A stretch of DNA of 64,000 nucleotides from positions 81,842,001 to 81,906,000 of the forward strand of contig NC_045697.1 of the NCBI RefSeq assembly GCF_009834535.1, in the 5' to 3' direction. Below the pieces are notes generated by a model. It was not told the DNA's origin. It saw only the letters and a program-made list of their open reading frames with translations, and made no database searches. Each line of letters opens with the position of its first letter. Position 1 is the stretch's first letter. Position numbers and translations under genes: made by a program. Positions 12,235-24,810 of this stretch are shown here, piece by piece. The stretch is from Camelus ferus (lineage: Eukaryota).

Positions 12235-14819
12235 TCATTATGTATTTGTCTATTTTTACCTTAGTGTCTTTATTCCTCTACCAGGGAAGAATTAGGATTG
12301 AAAAACAGGTTTTTAAAACAAAAAACAAATTAAGACTAAAAAACAAAATTTTTAATTTGTGGTTTTCACTTACATCTTTCGTTTTCCCTTTATTTCTTCT
12401 TCCTATCCTTTTCCCCCTTCTTTTGCCATTTTCCCTTCCTCCCTTTCACCTTTACCTTCTTCTTCTCTTTGGCTTTATTTGTTTCCGTATAACTATTAAT
12501 CAATGATAATGAGTAGGAATTTTTTTTAGCATTGGAAAATAAAATCTAAGCAATGTCTATGCATGCCTTAGAAATTGTTTAGATGAGTGTGTAAGTAGTG
12601 GTAACAAATATCATTATTTCTCTTACTGATTTTCAGTCATCACTTGTCCTCTATTTTGAATTCATACGTGGTGTCAAGTATTCAAGAGAAATCATATTTT
12701 GTTTATATTTATCTTTGATCATAAAAACAATCTAAAACTTAATTTCTTTGAATCTGTCATTTGAACTTTAAAAATGAGGGGTTGTATCAAATATTCTTTA
12801 ACTTTCTCTTAATTTCTAAAATTAGTGTTGTCTCTTGAATCAACTATTATCCATAAATGTCTTAAAACATATTGAAAATACACTTGTTATTTTTTCTCTA
12901 TGCTGTAAGCAAGATCATTGCTGTCACTTGCTTCTTACCTATATAGAGAAAATCTATGCCAAAGCAATTGTAAAATTGATTATATGCATATATATATGTG
13001 TATATATCAACTTAAAACATAGCTCATATATTAAATATAATATATAACAAAAATACTAAAGCCAATGATTTGTTTATCTTAATATTTTTCTTCATTATAC
13101 TGCAAGGATTCAAGAATCAATGGCATTTATTTAGAATTTTGTAAGCATGCATAACCCTTAGCACACTCATGCTTGAAATACTTCCATAGCTAAAACTGAA
13201 TGAAAGAAAGATGGGCACATAACATGATGAAAGAATTTCCATAGTCCGGTCAATAATGTGTATCTTTCTGGGATTAGATTAATTATATTAATTATATTAC
13301 AAATATGGGAGATGCTGAATAATTACTAGAAGGATGTAAGAAAGTAGAGATTTTGTATATAGCTAAGTAGGTTAGTGTTGGAGAATCAGTGTGCCTTTCC
13401 AATAGTACCTGCATAAACATCACTTGAAGGCGGTTTTATTTGGTGTGTAAGGGTTATTTTCAAAGTGTTGTATTTCCCATTGAGATTTCCTTTTGAGATA
13501 TTACCTAACTTGATCCATATACTAGGTACTAGATTCAACTTCCAAATGGCCATATAAAATACACAGTAAATAAAGTATACCCTTTATTCTTTTAAATTTA
13601 TTTAAACAATGTGTCAGACCCTGGAAACAATTTCAACATTGAGTGCCAAACAATCCAGAGAAGACTTAAAGTAAGTAAGCTGATTTCCATGAAGATGTTT
13701 GATTAATATATTCACTTAGATGCATGAGTTTTAATATATTTTTTAAACTTGACTGCATTTCTTAAATAATATATCTAATTAATGGAGATTTCTTGAATAT
13801 GATCACACTGAATTTAATTTCAAATAGCTTCAATAAAGAAAAAGAAAATAAATCTATCTGTAGAGATAAATTTCTAAATTTGAAGCATAAATATTTTCTC
13901 CCATTTTACTTCAAATTAATCAAGCTTATGTAGCTGTGCAGAAAACCCATTATACCAATACTTTTGTGTTCCTACTGTCAACATTTTGTAGAAAAAAAAT
14001 CTCAGAAGTGTAATGAGCAATCTTATATTTTAGTTAAATCACCCAGATGTTCTCTTTTATTATAATTTTTCCCCAGGTAATAGGAAGAGCAGGTGGTTGG
14101 TTGTATGCTGGCAAAAAGAGAAAGGAATGGATGAATTTTTTCTTAAACTCTGTAAACTGTTTCCAGTCAGTTACTTTTCCAAGAGTTACTCTTCCAACAA
14201 GAACATGTATCTTTCTGAGCTGCTTAATTCCACAAAATTCTATTTTAGCCTATTTCATATCTGGACCTTTGCCACAACACAAACTGTTCTTGGTCAGTGT
14301 GTTAAAACAATGATCCAGAAACAGTGTGTTTGCATCAATTTTAACTCAAAATGTATTCTGTATCTCTTGCTAAACTGCCAACCTTGTGATTTAAACTCAC
14401 TGCTCAAAACTTTGAAAATGTAAGTTTTTCTATAATCTATATATTTTTTAAAATTTTGAAGAAAATTATCTAAAAAAGAGAATAAAATCTCACTTCTAAA
14501 CACATATATGTCATTTTAAATTATAAATAGCAAACATATCTGAAAATTTCCAGACTGTTCTAGCTAAACATGCTAAAAAATTTATGCTTAACTTACATGA
14601 GCAAATGCATTTATCCGAAGTATGCCATTCTGTTTATTAAGAAATGAAAAATATTTGCTACTTAGCAATAGCAAAATTAGCATTAAGTATTGATATTTGA
14701 ATATGCATTAAGATCTATTTCAGCTTGTATTTCTAATTATCTTACATCTGTACTCTGCAAAGAGCTCTTCTTTCTCTGGGAGAATGATAATAGTTGAGAT
14801 GAGTGGAGTTTTTCTCTGA

Positions 14820-14970
14820 AACCAAAGAAAGAAGGAAGGAAGGAAAGAAGGAAGAAAAAAAAGAAAGAAAAGAAGAAGGAAAAAGAGAGAAAGGAGGGAG
14901 GAAAGGAGGAAAAAAAGAGGGAGGAAAGAAAGGAAGGAACAAAGGAAAGAAGGAAGTGGGGAAAGAAGGA
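14820..14970. repeat. Purine-rich (GAAA/GGAA) low-complexity tract
   Basis: Almost pure A/G on the + strand; it explains the K/E/G-rich and F/P/S-rich ORFs. Confidence 0.95.
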
Positions 14971-15017
14971 ATAATTAACAATATAAGTTGGAGGTAATAA
15001 ATTTTGCCCTTAAAGGC

Positions 15018-15180
15018 ACTGTGAACCATAAGGTAACAGCTGTTCAACTCTGTTTTATAGCACAAAAGCAGCCATAGGCAACTTGTAAACAAATACATGT
15101 GGCTGTGTTCCAATAAAGCTTTGTTTACAAAAGCAGGTTATGGGCAGGATTTGATCCACAGGCCATTGTTTGTCAGTCTC
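15018..15180. mobile_element. MER58A (hAT-Charlie MITE)
   Basis: 'aaagcagccatagg...tggctgtgttccaataaagctttgtttacaaaagcagg...ggatttg..ccacaggcc'. Confidence 0.85.
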
Positions 15181-15911
15181 AGGTATATGTGAATATATGA
15201 TAGAGATTTTCATATAGTTAATGCTGAATATATTTTGAATGAATGACATTGGTTAATAGTATTTTACTTTTTGCATATATTAATTACTTAAGCTGACACA
15301 TATTCCATTGATCTTATGATCCTTTATATCTCCTTAATTTTTCTCATGGAAAAAAAATTATAAAAACGTTTCCAAGTTAAAAAAAATAAATTTATAGAAA
15401 AAATTGAAGTATAAAATGTTGAAATGTAAGTAACAAGGGAAATAGATAAATTTCTGTGTATTATAAATTCTTAATAAATAATTCATGTCAAATGTATTAA
15501 AAGACCATCTTCATTTGTTCTGTCATTTGAAGATACTGATTTCAGCGTAATAAACACTTAGGATCTACTGTATTTCTGAAATTGACTTAAAATGCATTTC
15601 CTAAGAAAAAATAATGGTTAAATGCAGTTTTATTGTCATCTTAACCTCAAGGGTTTTTTTTATTTATTTATGTTTAATTTTCTGTCAAAAATATGTTTAA
15701 TACTTGTTTATTCTTATTTTCTACCTCGGAAAATCATTTTATTCAAGAAAGGCTATGAGCAGACATCACATATATAAGTGTAAAAGAAAGAAAAATAGAA
15801 AGGTGAACATTCTAAAACTATAATTACTATTAATTCTCTACAAAGTTGAAAATCACATTTTTATTTTCTCTTTTCTCCATTTAAAATTAAGTTATGAGCT
15901 TACTTTAAGTA

Positions 15912-16904
15912 CATTTGACACTTGAACAATGAGAGAGTTAGGAGTGCCAATCCCCAAACACTTAAAAATTTATGTATAAATTTTGGCCTCCCCAAAACTT
16001 AACTACTAGTAACAACTACTGTTGACTGAAATCCTTAGTGATAACAGAAACTACTAACACATATTTTGTATGTTACATGTATTATATAGTGTATTCTTAC
16101 AATAAAGTAAGCTAGAAAAAAATAAAATGTTATTAATAAAATAATAAGAGACAATACATTTACAGTACTATACTGTATTTATCGATCTTGTAAATTTGCA
16201 GGCTGTTTACAGGATGAATTGTCTGTCAATATCTACATCAATATTGTCTTATATGACATAAAACACTATAAGTGTTATAAGTATTACTAACATTAGACAT
16301 CAAGGATAATGTGAAAGGATAATGTGAAAAAATTTATATTTATTTACAGGTATAATGATTCATTTGTTGATAACAAAGAAGCAGCAGTATGATTGCCTTA
16401 TGGTAGCCTACTGTAATAGATGTTTCAGAGTAGCCTACCCTATACACTAATGAATTAATCATTATAAAACTTTTATGTCATACAGGAATACAGTCATATT
16501 CATAATACAATATTGGAAACATTTCACGTTAAAAAAAACACTTACCTGTGATGATAGGATGACATTCACTTTCTCCAATTATGAGAGGGAGAGAGGCATA
16601 CTGTAGGGTAACACAATTATTTTAAAAAAGTTATAAAACACTAAGAAAACTAACACATTATTAATTTATATTAAATATCAGTCACTTTATGCCCATGTAA
16701 GGATAGATTGGTATCTACATATATTTTATGCATTAATGGCATACCTTTTTCTTAATTTTTTGATATTTCTAAGCTATGCAGTCAATTTGCGAGTTTTTTC
16801 AAATTGTTGCAGATTTCCAAAAAAATTTCAATATATTTATTGAAAATACACTACATATGAGTAGACCCACTCAGTTCAAGCCCATGTTGTTCAAGGGCCA
16901 ACTG
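15912..16904. mobile_element. Non-autonomous Tigger2-family element (TcMar-Tigger) with both TIRs and TA TSD
   Basis: TA|catttgacacttgaacaa (15912-15929) ... ttgttcaagggccaactg|TA (16887-16904); internal Tigger2a/MER8-like sequence 'ttcttacaataaagtaagctag'. Confidence 0.9.
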
Positions 16905-17369
16905 TAATTAACATAATAGTTATTGGATATTAGGATTTAATAGCGATGACTCAGTTATTTATCAAAGATTTTTTCACAGTTGTACTGATACTGTTATTCA
17001 TCTCAATGAACAGCATGTTTTGTTCTTGAGTATGCAGCATTATGGCTTAACACTGTCTCAGGTGAAAGTAGAAAAAAATAATTTTGAAACTTGTGCATTG
17101 TCTTCAGGAGTTGGCAAGTCATCTGACATGAAAATTCTTTACATTCACATTGCAAATGCCATGCTTTTCTATTTAGGTGAACATTGATTCTCTTCTAAAT
17201 ATAAAACAAAACCAACTAGAAGTTATAAAGAAAAAGTTTTCACAGATAAATTAAGCTATGATTGTCTAACATTATATTTTAGAAAAATCACATGCTGAAA
17301 CATTAACAGTTGCATAAACATAAAGTCAGTGAGTCTATACTTGTATATTGTAGTAGGTGAGATTCACAT

Positions 17370-18135
17370 TTATTATTTTCTGTAGAGCAAATTATGTTTT
17401 AATGCTATCTTAAATAATTCATTCTTTTCCTATTGATTTGTAATGTTACCTTTATCAAGCATAGACAAGTCTACCTTTGAGTTTATAGTCCAGACAGTGT
17501 TTTATTATTCTATTTGTCTCCTTCACATGAAAACTTCATTGATTCAATTATTATCGCTTTGGGTTATGTGAGTATGCAGGTAAAACCTGTGTGCATCTGT
17601 GTGTGTGTGCGCGTAGGTACGTAGTTATATATATATAGCCATGTATATATATGCCTGTAAGATAAAAATTACTTCTTATTCTTCTTTGAAAAAATCAAGT
17701 TATTTATGGAATTGTCTGTATCTATATATCAGAATAATTCTATGAAATTTATATATAAATATCATGAATATTTTCCAGTGTATTCAGTTACTTTACCATA
17801 TATGTTTTTTAATTATAAATATTTTTCGTAGAATTATTTTGCATTATTGCATATAAAAATTTTATAAAACAATCTTTACTGCAAATATATTTTTTCCTAA
17901 ATTTTCTAATTAGATATCACATGAGAAGAAAATTGCTATTGATTTTTGTAGGTTGAGCCTGTAGCTAGCATATGTGCTACACTGTGTAATTATTTATTCA
18001 TTCACTTGCTTCTCTAAGTAGGTTATTGTTTCACCTATAAATGACAGTATTTTCTCCCTTTTTATCTTTATGACACTAATTCATTATTCTTGCTTTATAT
18101 CATTATCTATAGACTATATCATTGGCCAGGATCAA
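17370..18135 (-). mobile_element. Old L1M fragment with embedded TG/TA microsatellite
   Basis: 'gctattgatttttgtaggttgagcctgtagctagca', 'cattggccagga'. Confidence 0.55.
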
Positions 18136-18289
18136 TAATTATCTCTGTTCATTATTCTTACAGTCTAAAGTGATTCGCTCTCATCCTGTTTGAGTATATC
18201 TAGAGGTATCTTCAATGTTGACTATGTACATACTAGATAATACTTTAGTATGCCCTCATATTGGAGAGTGACATGATATTCCTGTTTCA

Positions 18290-20080
18290 ATTGTTTCCAA
18301 GCAACAGATAACAGAGGACTGTGATTCCATAAAAAATGAAAAACAAGCAAGGTGCCCAAAAATTACACTGTTGTCTGCCTGGAAGCACTTTATAGACTGC
18401 AGCACAGTCAGAACCAAGCAAAGAACTAAGTTTATAAACAGAGTTTGAATACTGGAGGCTGAGGCAACTGGAATTCATGGGGCAGAGTAATTAAAAAGTA
18501 ATGCATAACAAACAGAGCTCCACAAGTCTGAACATGCAGTCCCTTGCCTCTGCTGGGACTAAACATTAAGTTGAAACTCCTTGAGACCAGCAAAGGTATA
18601 TAGAGGTGTTGTAAACTAAAAAATTCTAAAATGTCACACAAGTTTCAGAGACATTCAGGTGTCAATGTGCAGTAAAGATACTCCTTGACTTTTAGGAAAG
18701 ACTTCCAGAAGGATCAACGTAGTAGAAGAGCTAAACTGGTCCAAGCATAAAGGTTAATATTGATCTGTACCCACAAATTTAAAAATGTCATAAGTGTATC
18801 AAGCTACTCTTCAAATAGCTTAATTGCCTGCCTAAGTATATTTCAAAACTTCTAAAAGACAACATAATGAGAAACTCAAAATGTGGCAATGTCTGTCATT
18901 AAGATTACTAGATATGTATTAAAATCAGGTTAATGTAACCTTACGACAAATATTAGTCAATAGAAACACATCTTGAAAAGACAGTGATGTTTTAATCAAC
19001 AATTTTTAAAGGTTATTATAAATATGTTTCAAATATTTAAAGAAAAATATTAGGAGAGTAGTAAAAGCATTTTAAAAAGAACTTTGAAAGATAGAAAACA
19101 CAATAAGCTTTATTTTAAAAATTACTAAATTGGCTAAAAATTACTAAATGAGCATATTGGACTCTGTGAAATAAAAGAAAATATGAAGGCACAGCCATAC
19201 AAATCTATATATAATGTGAGCTTTCCAATATGATAGACTTAGTTGCACCAAGCCTTATTTCAGGTACTCAGTAACCACATGTGGTTTTGAAACACTGCTT
19301 TATATAGTGCATATTACAAAGCGTTTCTATTATTGCAGAGTCCTGTTGGAAAATGATGATCTGCACTAAAGCACAGAGAGAAAATGTCCAAAGTAAATAA
19401 ATGCATAAATAAAGCCAGGGTCTCAGTGTCCCATAGGACAATATCAAGTAGTCTGACATACATGTAATCACATCCCCAAGGGTGTTGATAGGCAGAAAAA
19501 TATTTAAGATAAAATAGCCTAAAATATTCTAAATATGATGACTACTATAATCTGCATATCTAAAATATTAACAAATTTAAGCAAGATAATTAAACAGACA
19601 TCTATAGCAAGGAATACCATAACCTAAACCAGTAAATATTAATATAGGAGAAAATTGTAAAAGCATTCAAATTAAAAAAGAAAAAGAAAAAAAAAAAAAA
19701 ACGAATCCATTGCCTGCCTACCAAAGGGAATTAAAAACAACAATAACAGCGTCACAAACTTCTAGTCAAACACAATGCTAGCCAGAACATATTGGAACAA
19801 TATATTTATAAATTTATTTAACAAACTGAAAAAAAAAAGAATTGGGAGTCAAGGAGGGAACCTCTCCAAATTAGAATTCCATACCCTGGAAAGATCTTTC
19901 AGTAATGAAGTGAAAACAAACAAACAAAAAACAGTGGATGGGGTTTTTCTCCAGTAGACAAATACAATGTAAAGAAATATAAAATAATTTCTTATGGCAA
20001 AGAAAAATGACAACATATGAAACAAATTTTTAAAATATATTTCACCAGAAATGCTAGGTGTGGGGGTAAATATATACACT
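18290..20080 (+). mobile_element. Old L1M/HAL1-like 5' region and ORF1, decayed
   Basis: A-rich ORF1-like motifs 'ttattataaatatgtttcaaa', 'catgtaatcacatcccc', 'ttctagtcaaacacaatgctagccagaa..attggaacaatatattt'. Confidence 0.6.
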
Positions 20081-20797
20081 TTATTTTCCTTTTATAAAAT
20101 TACTTTATGAAATAAGGACATTAAACAGGTAACCATCATCTTAAGCTATTTTCTGTTGACAAATCCTGTAACAGAGATAGTATGAGCTTATTTGACTTTT
20201 TAAAGCCTAAGTACAATAAAAGTTGTATGCCTGCATTGTATTTAATATTGATAGCTCTAAAGATATGCTTATTTTAATTAAACCAGGAAACTTAAACTAG
20301 CTTTTATTTATCTAATAGTATCCTAGATCAGGTGAACTTGAAAAACATTTAGATTAGTTTTCATATTTCTGAGAGTAGACGATTTATGTAATGCTTTTGA
20401 GGGAAGCCAATTAAATAGATCTCTTGAATGAATGAACTTTGGTAATTCCACTCAGAGGTAGAAAAATATCACACATTTGTAACATACATAGATAGACATA
20501 CATAGACATACAGGCAGACACAAATAGAGATTTATAGCTTTTGTTTTAAAATTTTAGCAATGAGATGTGTATGACAATGCAAAACTCACAAGTTTATAAA
20601 AGAACAGTTATATCTGAATTGTGTTTCTGGCGGAAGGAATAATTTAAGGTTACCTGCTCAAATGGGCTAAAGCTTTTCATTAATATTTGTGAAACAGACA
20701 TTTTAAGTTCTTTCTTAGTCCTGATTTTCAAAATTGCCTGTTTATTTTTCCTTCTGATAAGAATTACCTTTGTTCCTAGAGAAAGCCAGATAGAATA

Positions 20798-21153
20798 TGT
20801 TTACCTAAAACAAATAGACTGCCAGATACTTCCACAGCAAAGATGGGTTTATTTGGGATTAGCAGAGAATAGCAATTTGGGGTCTGCAGCCATGAAAATC
20901 AAGTTTCTAAAGGGGAAGGGAAGGAGAACATTTTAATAGAAGGAAAAGGAAGGTGGGATGGCTGTAGTAAAAAAAAAAAAAAAAAAAAAAATGCAAACAA
21001 AAAAAGAGTCCATGGCTTTTCTTGGCCAAATTGTTGCCAGGAAATAAGAGGGGTCTTTCTTCTTCCTGTTGGGCTCTGCTGTCATCACAGGGAGAGAGAG
21101 AGTTTTGATACTCAGACTCTGATTGAGGTTTCTGTTTATTAATTTTTTTCACA
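20798..21153 (-). mobile_element. Solo ERV1-type LTR
   Basis: TGT...ACA termini; 4-bp TSD AATA (20794-20797 / 21154-21157); 'tttatt' is AATAAA on the minus strand. Confidence 0.8.
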
Positions 21154-21381
21154 AATACATCTTAAAATCACAGAAAAAAAATTCAGATTTCACCAAGAAG
21201 GTGAAATTTTTATTCCCTAAGTCCAGATGTTTATAATAATTCCAAGTCTTTTGAGATGAATAAGGGGAGATTTTGAAATTGGTAAAAAGCATAAGTAGCC
21301 TTTGAATTGTTTCTAGAGCTACATTTCTGTTTTAAGACTTGATTTATAAAACAAATGCAGTTGTTTTTTACTTCCTCAAAG

Positions 21382-21932
21382 TGTTACTACAAAAGGGAAA
21401 GGGAAAAGACCCCCGTTCTTGTCATATCCGAAAGATAAGATTTCAGACAGGAGACAGTGTGTTGTGTAGTGAAAGATTTTAAAGGATTTATTTAGAAAAG
21501 GAAAAATATACCTCCAGGAATGGGAGGCGGGCTGATCCAAGGAAGGGTAGCCGTGGTCTTTGCTCTTTCTCTTATACCCTTGCTTAGAGGTGGTCTTTTG
21601 ATTCATTGACGGCTTTTGTCCCTGGAATGCCTAGTCATGTTTGTTCCCTTTGAACATGTCCTTACCCATGGTGCACACAGAAAAACCCATGGGGGTCGGG
21701 GGGAGGCTAAACCGCAATAGCATTATATTACAGTAAGCACTGGGTTATGTCTGATTAAGTCCTCACTACCAAGCAGTTGCTGCTGTTGAGTTCTAAATGG
21801 TTTCTTGCTGGCACTCATTTAGAAGAACTAAAGCCCCTTTATGCTGGAGGCAGGCATAATGCCATCTTCTGGCCCATCTTCCCTCTCTTCCACCTATCAG
21901 CCTGGTGCCCCCACTTATCTAACTACCTAACA
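21382..21932 (-). mobile_element. Solo ERV1-type LTR, relatively young
   Basis: TGTTA...TAACA inverted termini; 4-bp TSD AAAG (21378-21381 / 21933-21936); minus-strand TATAAG (21571-21576) and AATAAA (21487-21492). Confidence 0.85.
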
Positions 21933-22962
21933 AAAGAATCAGGTTGCAACCTGAAGGCTGTCAAGAAGCAGAAACACTCATGAAGCTATATTACCCTCAG
22001 TTTACTTCTTTGTATTGGGATAAAAATCTTCAACTGCCATGGAATTCAAAAGATTCCTATGTTCTAGACTTAGAGATGTATGTCTTTGGAAAGTGTAATC
22101 CTTCCACAGAAGCTTCAGAAAGATTTTATTTCTTTTTGACTACAAATTTTAATTTTAGTTTAGGAGAGAAGATCTAAAAAAGTTCCAATACCAGGTTTTG
22201 AATTATCAGCTTCTAGTTTGGCCACTTCTGACCACAGAGCTACTTACAAAACAAAACAGAAAAATCCTTTTGAATATCTTGTCAGGTTTCAGCCAGGACA
22301 GACAGTAAATCTGAATTTGGAAAGGGAAGGACAAAGTGAAATTTTAACTTTCTCTCTAGACCAGGCCCCGAGAAAGAACTCTGGCAGAGCTGAGTTTGAT
22401 AAGAATTCTCATTCTTTATTGGATTCTGCCAGTTTTCCCAGGATGCGGTCTGCAGGCTCTGAAGAGTGGAGTGTCCTAGTAGGTCTCATCCTGGTCACCA
22501 GAAACTATAGAGGAGGAAAAATAATTTTCACTTTACATTTTATGGTGAATACTTTAAGATCCCTTTTTTTCTAGGGTACTTCATAAATGGGCAAGCTTAT
22601 CTAGGTTAAAATTTTCCACTGTGGCTACTTCTATTCAAGATTATCTTTGTAAGATTAACGTACTTGCTCAGGCTTTCACCTGAGACTTCACTTTGGTGCA
22701 GTCCAACTTGAGTCAGAGCCAGTTCATGGATCCATTCTGGCTTTAAGTTAGACCCAGTTTGACTTTGGTGGTTTCCAGACCCAGTCTGGGGAGTGGAGAG
22801 TGCTCAAATAAAGTCTGAAAGTTCATAGTGCAAAAACTCTGGTGCCAGGAACTGAGAGGGACTGACCCACCAGCTCGGGGGCAGGGATAAAGCAGTGAAC
22901 TCAAGGGGCTTAACAGGTACGTCCACTCCCTGCTTGTCTGGGGTGTCTGGGATCTCCTTCGG

Positions 22963-22980
22963 TTCTCTCTTCTAACACCA
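22963..22980 (-). other. Retroviral primer-binding site, tRNA-Leu(CAA)-like
   Basis: + strand ttctctcttctaacacca versus the tRNA-Leu(CAA) 3' end atcccacttctgacacca (14/18 by hand); lies 4 nt from the LTR edge. Confidence 0.75.
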
Positions 22981-22984
22981 GAAC

Positions 22985-23368
22985 TGTTAAATGATTAACT
23001 GAGGCATATTAAAAATTTTAAGAGTTTATATAAACAAAAATCAATTCAAATCCAGCAGTATCCATCCAGGCAGATAGAAACTCTGAGGAGCTACACAAAT
23101 GAGATTTTTATAGACAAGAGGAAGCGAGAAGACAATTATACTAGGCAAAAAAGAGGATTGGTTATTTCAAGGTTACTTTCATTTAGGGGATAGTAGGGGT
23201 GTATCAGGTAGATTACCTAACTACTGCTGATTGGGTGATTCCTGATTGACTGCTTCAAGATTCCATTTACAGGAGAGTGAGAACTGTTATTAAGTGAAGT
23301 CTCGGTTTGAGGACATGGGGTTTAGCATAAATGACTCCATTTTGGATATGTCATCTTGTTTGTTAGCA
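22985..23368 (-). mobile_element. 5' LTR of the ERV1-class provirus (MER41/MER57-like architecture)
   Basis: TG..CA termini; minus-strand CCAAT (23157-23161) and TATAAAAA (23105-23112); 'gactccattttgg' motif; adjacent PBS. Confidence 0.8.
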
Positions 23369-23993
23369 CTGTTAACATTAATAAATAATCATAGGTTCAG
23401 ATAAAATGCTAATTGCCATTTTTAGATTATTCAATTACCTATAAGGACTTGGAAAGTATGATAATGACAACATTTCATTTTCATCTCCATAAATGTCATC
23501 CCATTTTTAAAAGTCTGCAATTCTAAATGGATGTAAAGAGGCACAATTATGATAGTCCAAATGTAAGATATAATTTGAATATGTATGATTGTGATTAACT
23601 TAAGCAAGTGTTTTAATTATTTCAGAAAAACATATTTTCATTTTTTTCTTCATCAAGGGCAGAAGGATGCATTACTATTTCTCACTTTATGCCAAGTGGT
23701 TTATCGTCAATATACCACTTCCTCCTTTAAAAAATATGTATTTCCTTTGTCCTGTTTCCTGTTTCCATCTCACCCTTTACCATCCTAGGCAACCATTCTA
23801 ATGCTTTTGGTAGTTATACTTTTGAGTGTATATGTTTTGTACAACATGTGGCTGTTGTCTTTAATTTATATAAATGGAATCATAAAATAACTATTTTTTT
23901 AAGGTTTTTTTCTTCCCACTTGGCATTGTTTTATGTCCATCCATGTAGTTTTATGTCCATTACTTCTAGTTGTCAATTAGTATTTCACAGCAT

Positions 23994-24465
23994 TGTTCAA
24001 CAAAAAAATTCATGATACTTGTTAAAGATGGTAAAACAGACTTTATTCAAAGTGGAGTATTGTGATAGGTGTAGGTACCACTGCCATGAATGAGAGAGTT
24101 TGGGCTCAACTCCAAATACCAGGAAGAGTGGGAATTTATAGCCAAGATGCTATGAGTGAGGGTAAATGGACTGAAAATTACTGAGAAGAACCATCAGAGG
24201 TAAAGGTATGTATTGGCTAAACCAATCTAACAGGATTCCTGCTGAAGGCAGGATACTACCTGGAGAGTAGTGGAGGATTAGGAATCCAGTTAGATATTGA
24301 GGGTGATCAGATATGAAGGATGGGGGCTTCTGCTAAACTGACTTATCATGATTCTTGCTAAAATTGAACAATGCAGAAATGAACACAAAATTCTAAAGCT
24401 GAGGAAGAGTTGAGAAAGAACTCAAAGGAGCCTGGGTAGAGTTTGGTCAAGGGCAGACTTTGTCA
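23994..24465 (-). mobile_element. MER31-like solo LTR (ERV1)
   Basis: Minus strand begins 'tgacaaagtctgcccttgaccaaactctacccaggctcc'; 4-bp TSD GCAT (23990-23993 / 24466-24469). Confidence 0.85.
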
Positions 24466-24546
24466 GCATTCAAACATTAGGTGTGGCACCTAATTTATCT
24501 ACTAGGAGAATTATTATATTAGGTGTGGACACGTAGATAACCTCTA

Positions 24547-24775
24547 TGAAAGTAAGTAAAGGAAAACCACATTTTAAAATGGACTCAGGAAGCCCTGAAG
24601 GGGAAGCTCTCAAGCACAGAACACTCTTGCAGCCTGCGTAAGCAGCAGGAAGAAGGAAGATAAGAATGTTGCTTTTCTTCTGGTACAAGGGAGGACACTG
24701 ATCAAATGGGGATTTAATCTGCTTTTAACCACCTCTTGCAGAAAATTAGCAAATCCACAACCTCAAACCGTTTTT
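24547..24775 (+). mobile_element. ERV1-like LTR 5' portion, probably split by the following L1
   Basis: Starts TGAAAG followed by 'ttaaaatggactcaggaagccctgaaggggaagctct'; possible remainder to about 25630 with TSD TCTA. Confidence 0.5.
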
Positions 24776-24810
24776 TAATTTAATTTAATTCAAAAATTTT
24801 CTGTGTAGTC

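Larger units (their letters stand above)
20085..22984 (-). mobile_element. ERV1-class non-autonomous internal region (MER4-group-like), interrupted by two solo LTRs
   Basis: Begins with a PBS next to the LTR at 22985; non-coding AT-rich interior typical of MER4/MER34-group internal regions; no 3' LTR found. Confidence 0.65.

Noticed and set aside
14742..15113. 123-aa hydrophobic ORF and the opposite-strand K/E/G-rich ORF
   Set aside because: These are translations of the GA simple repeat plus MER58A.
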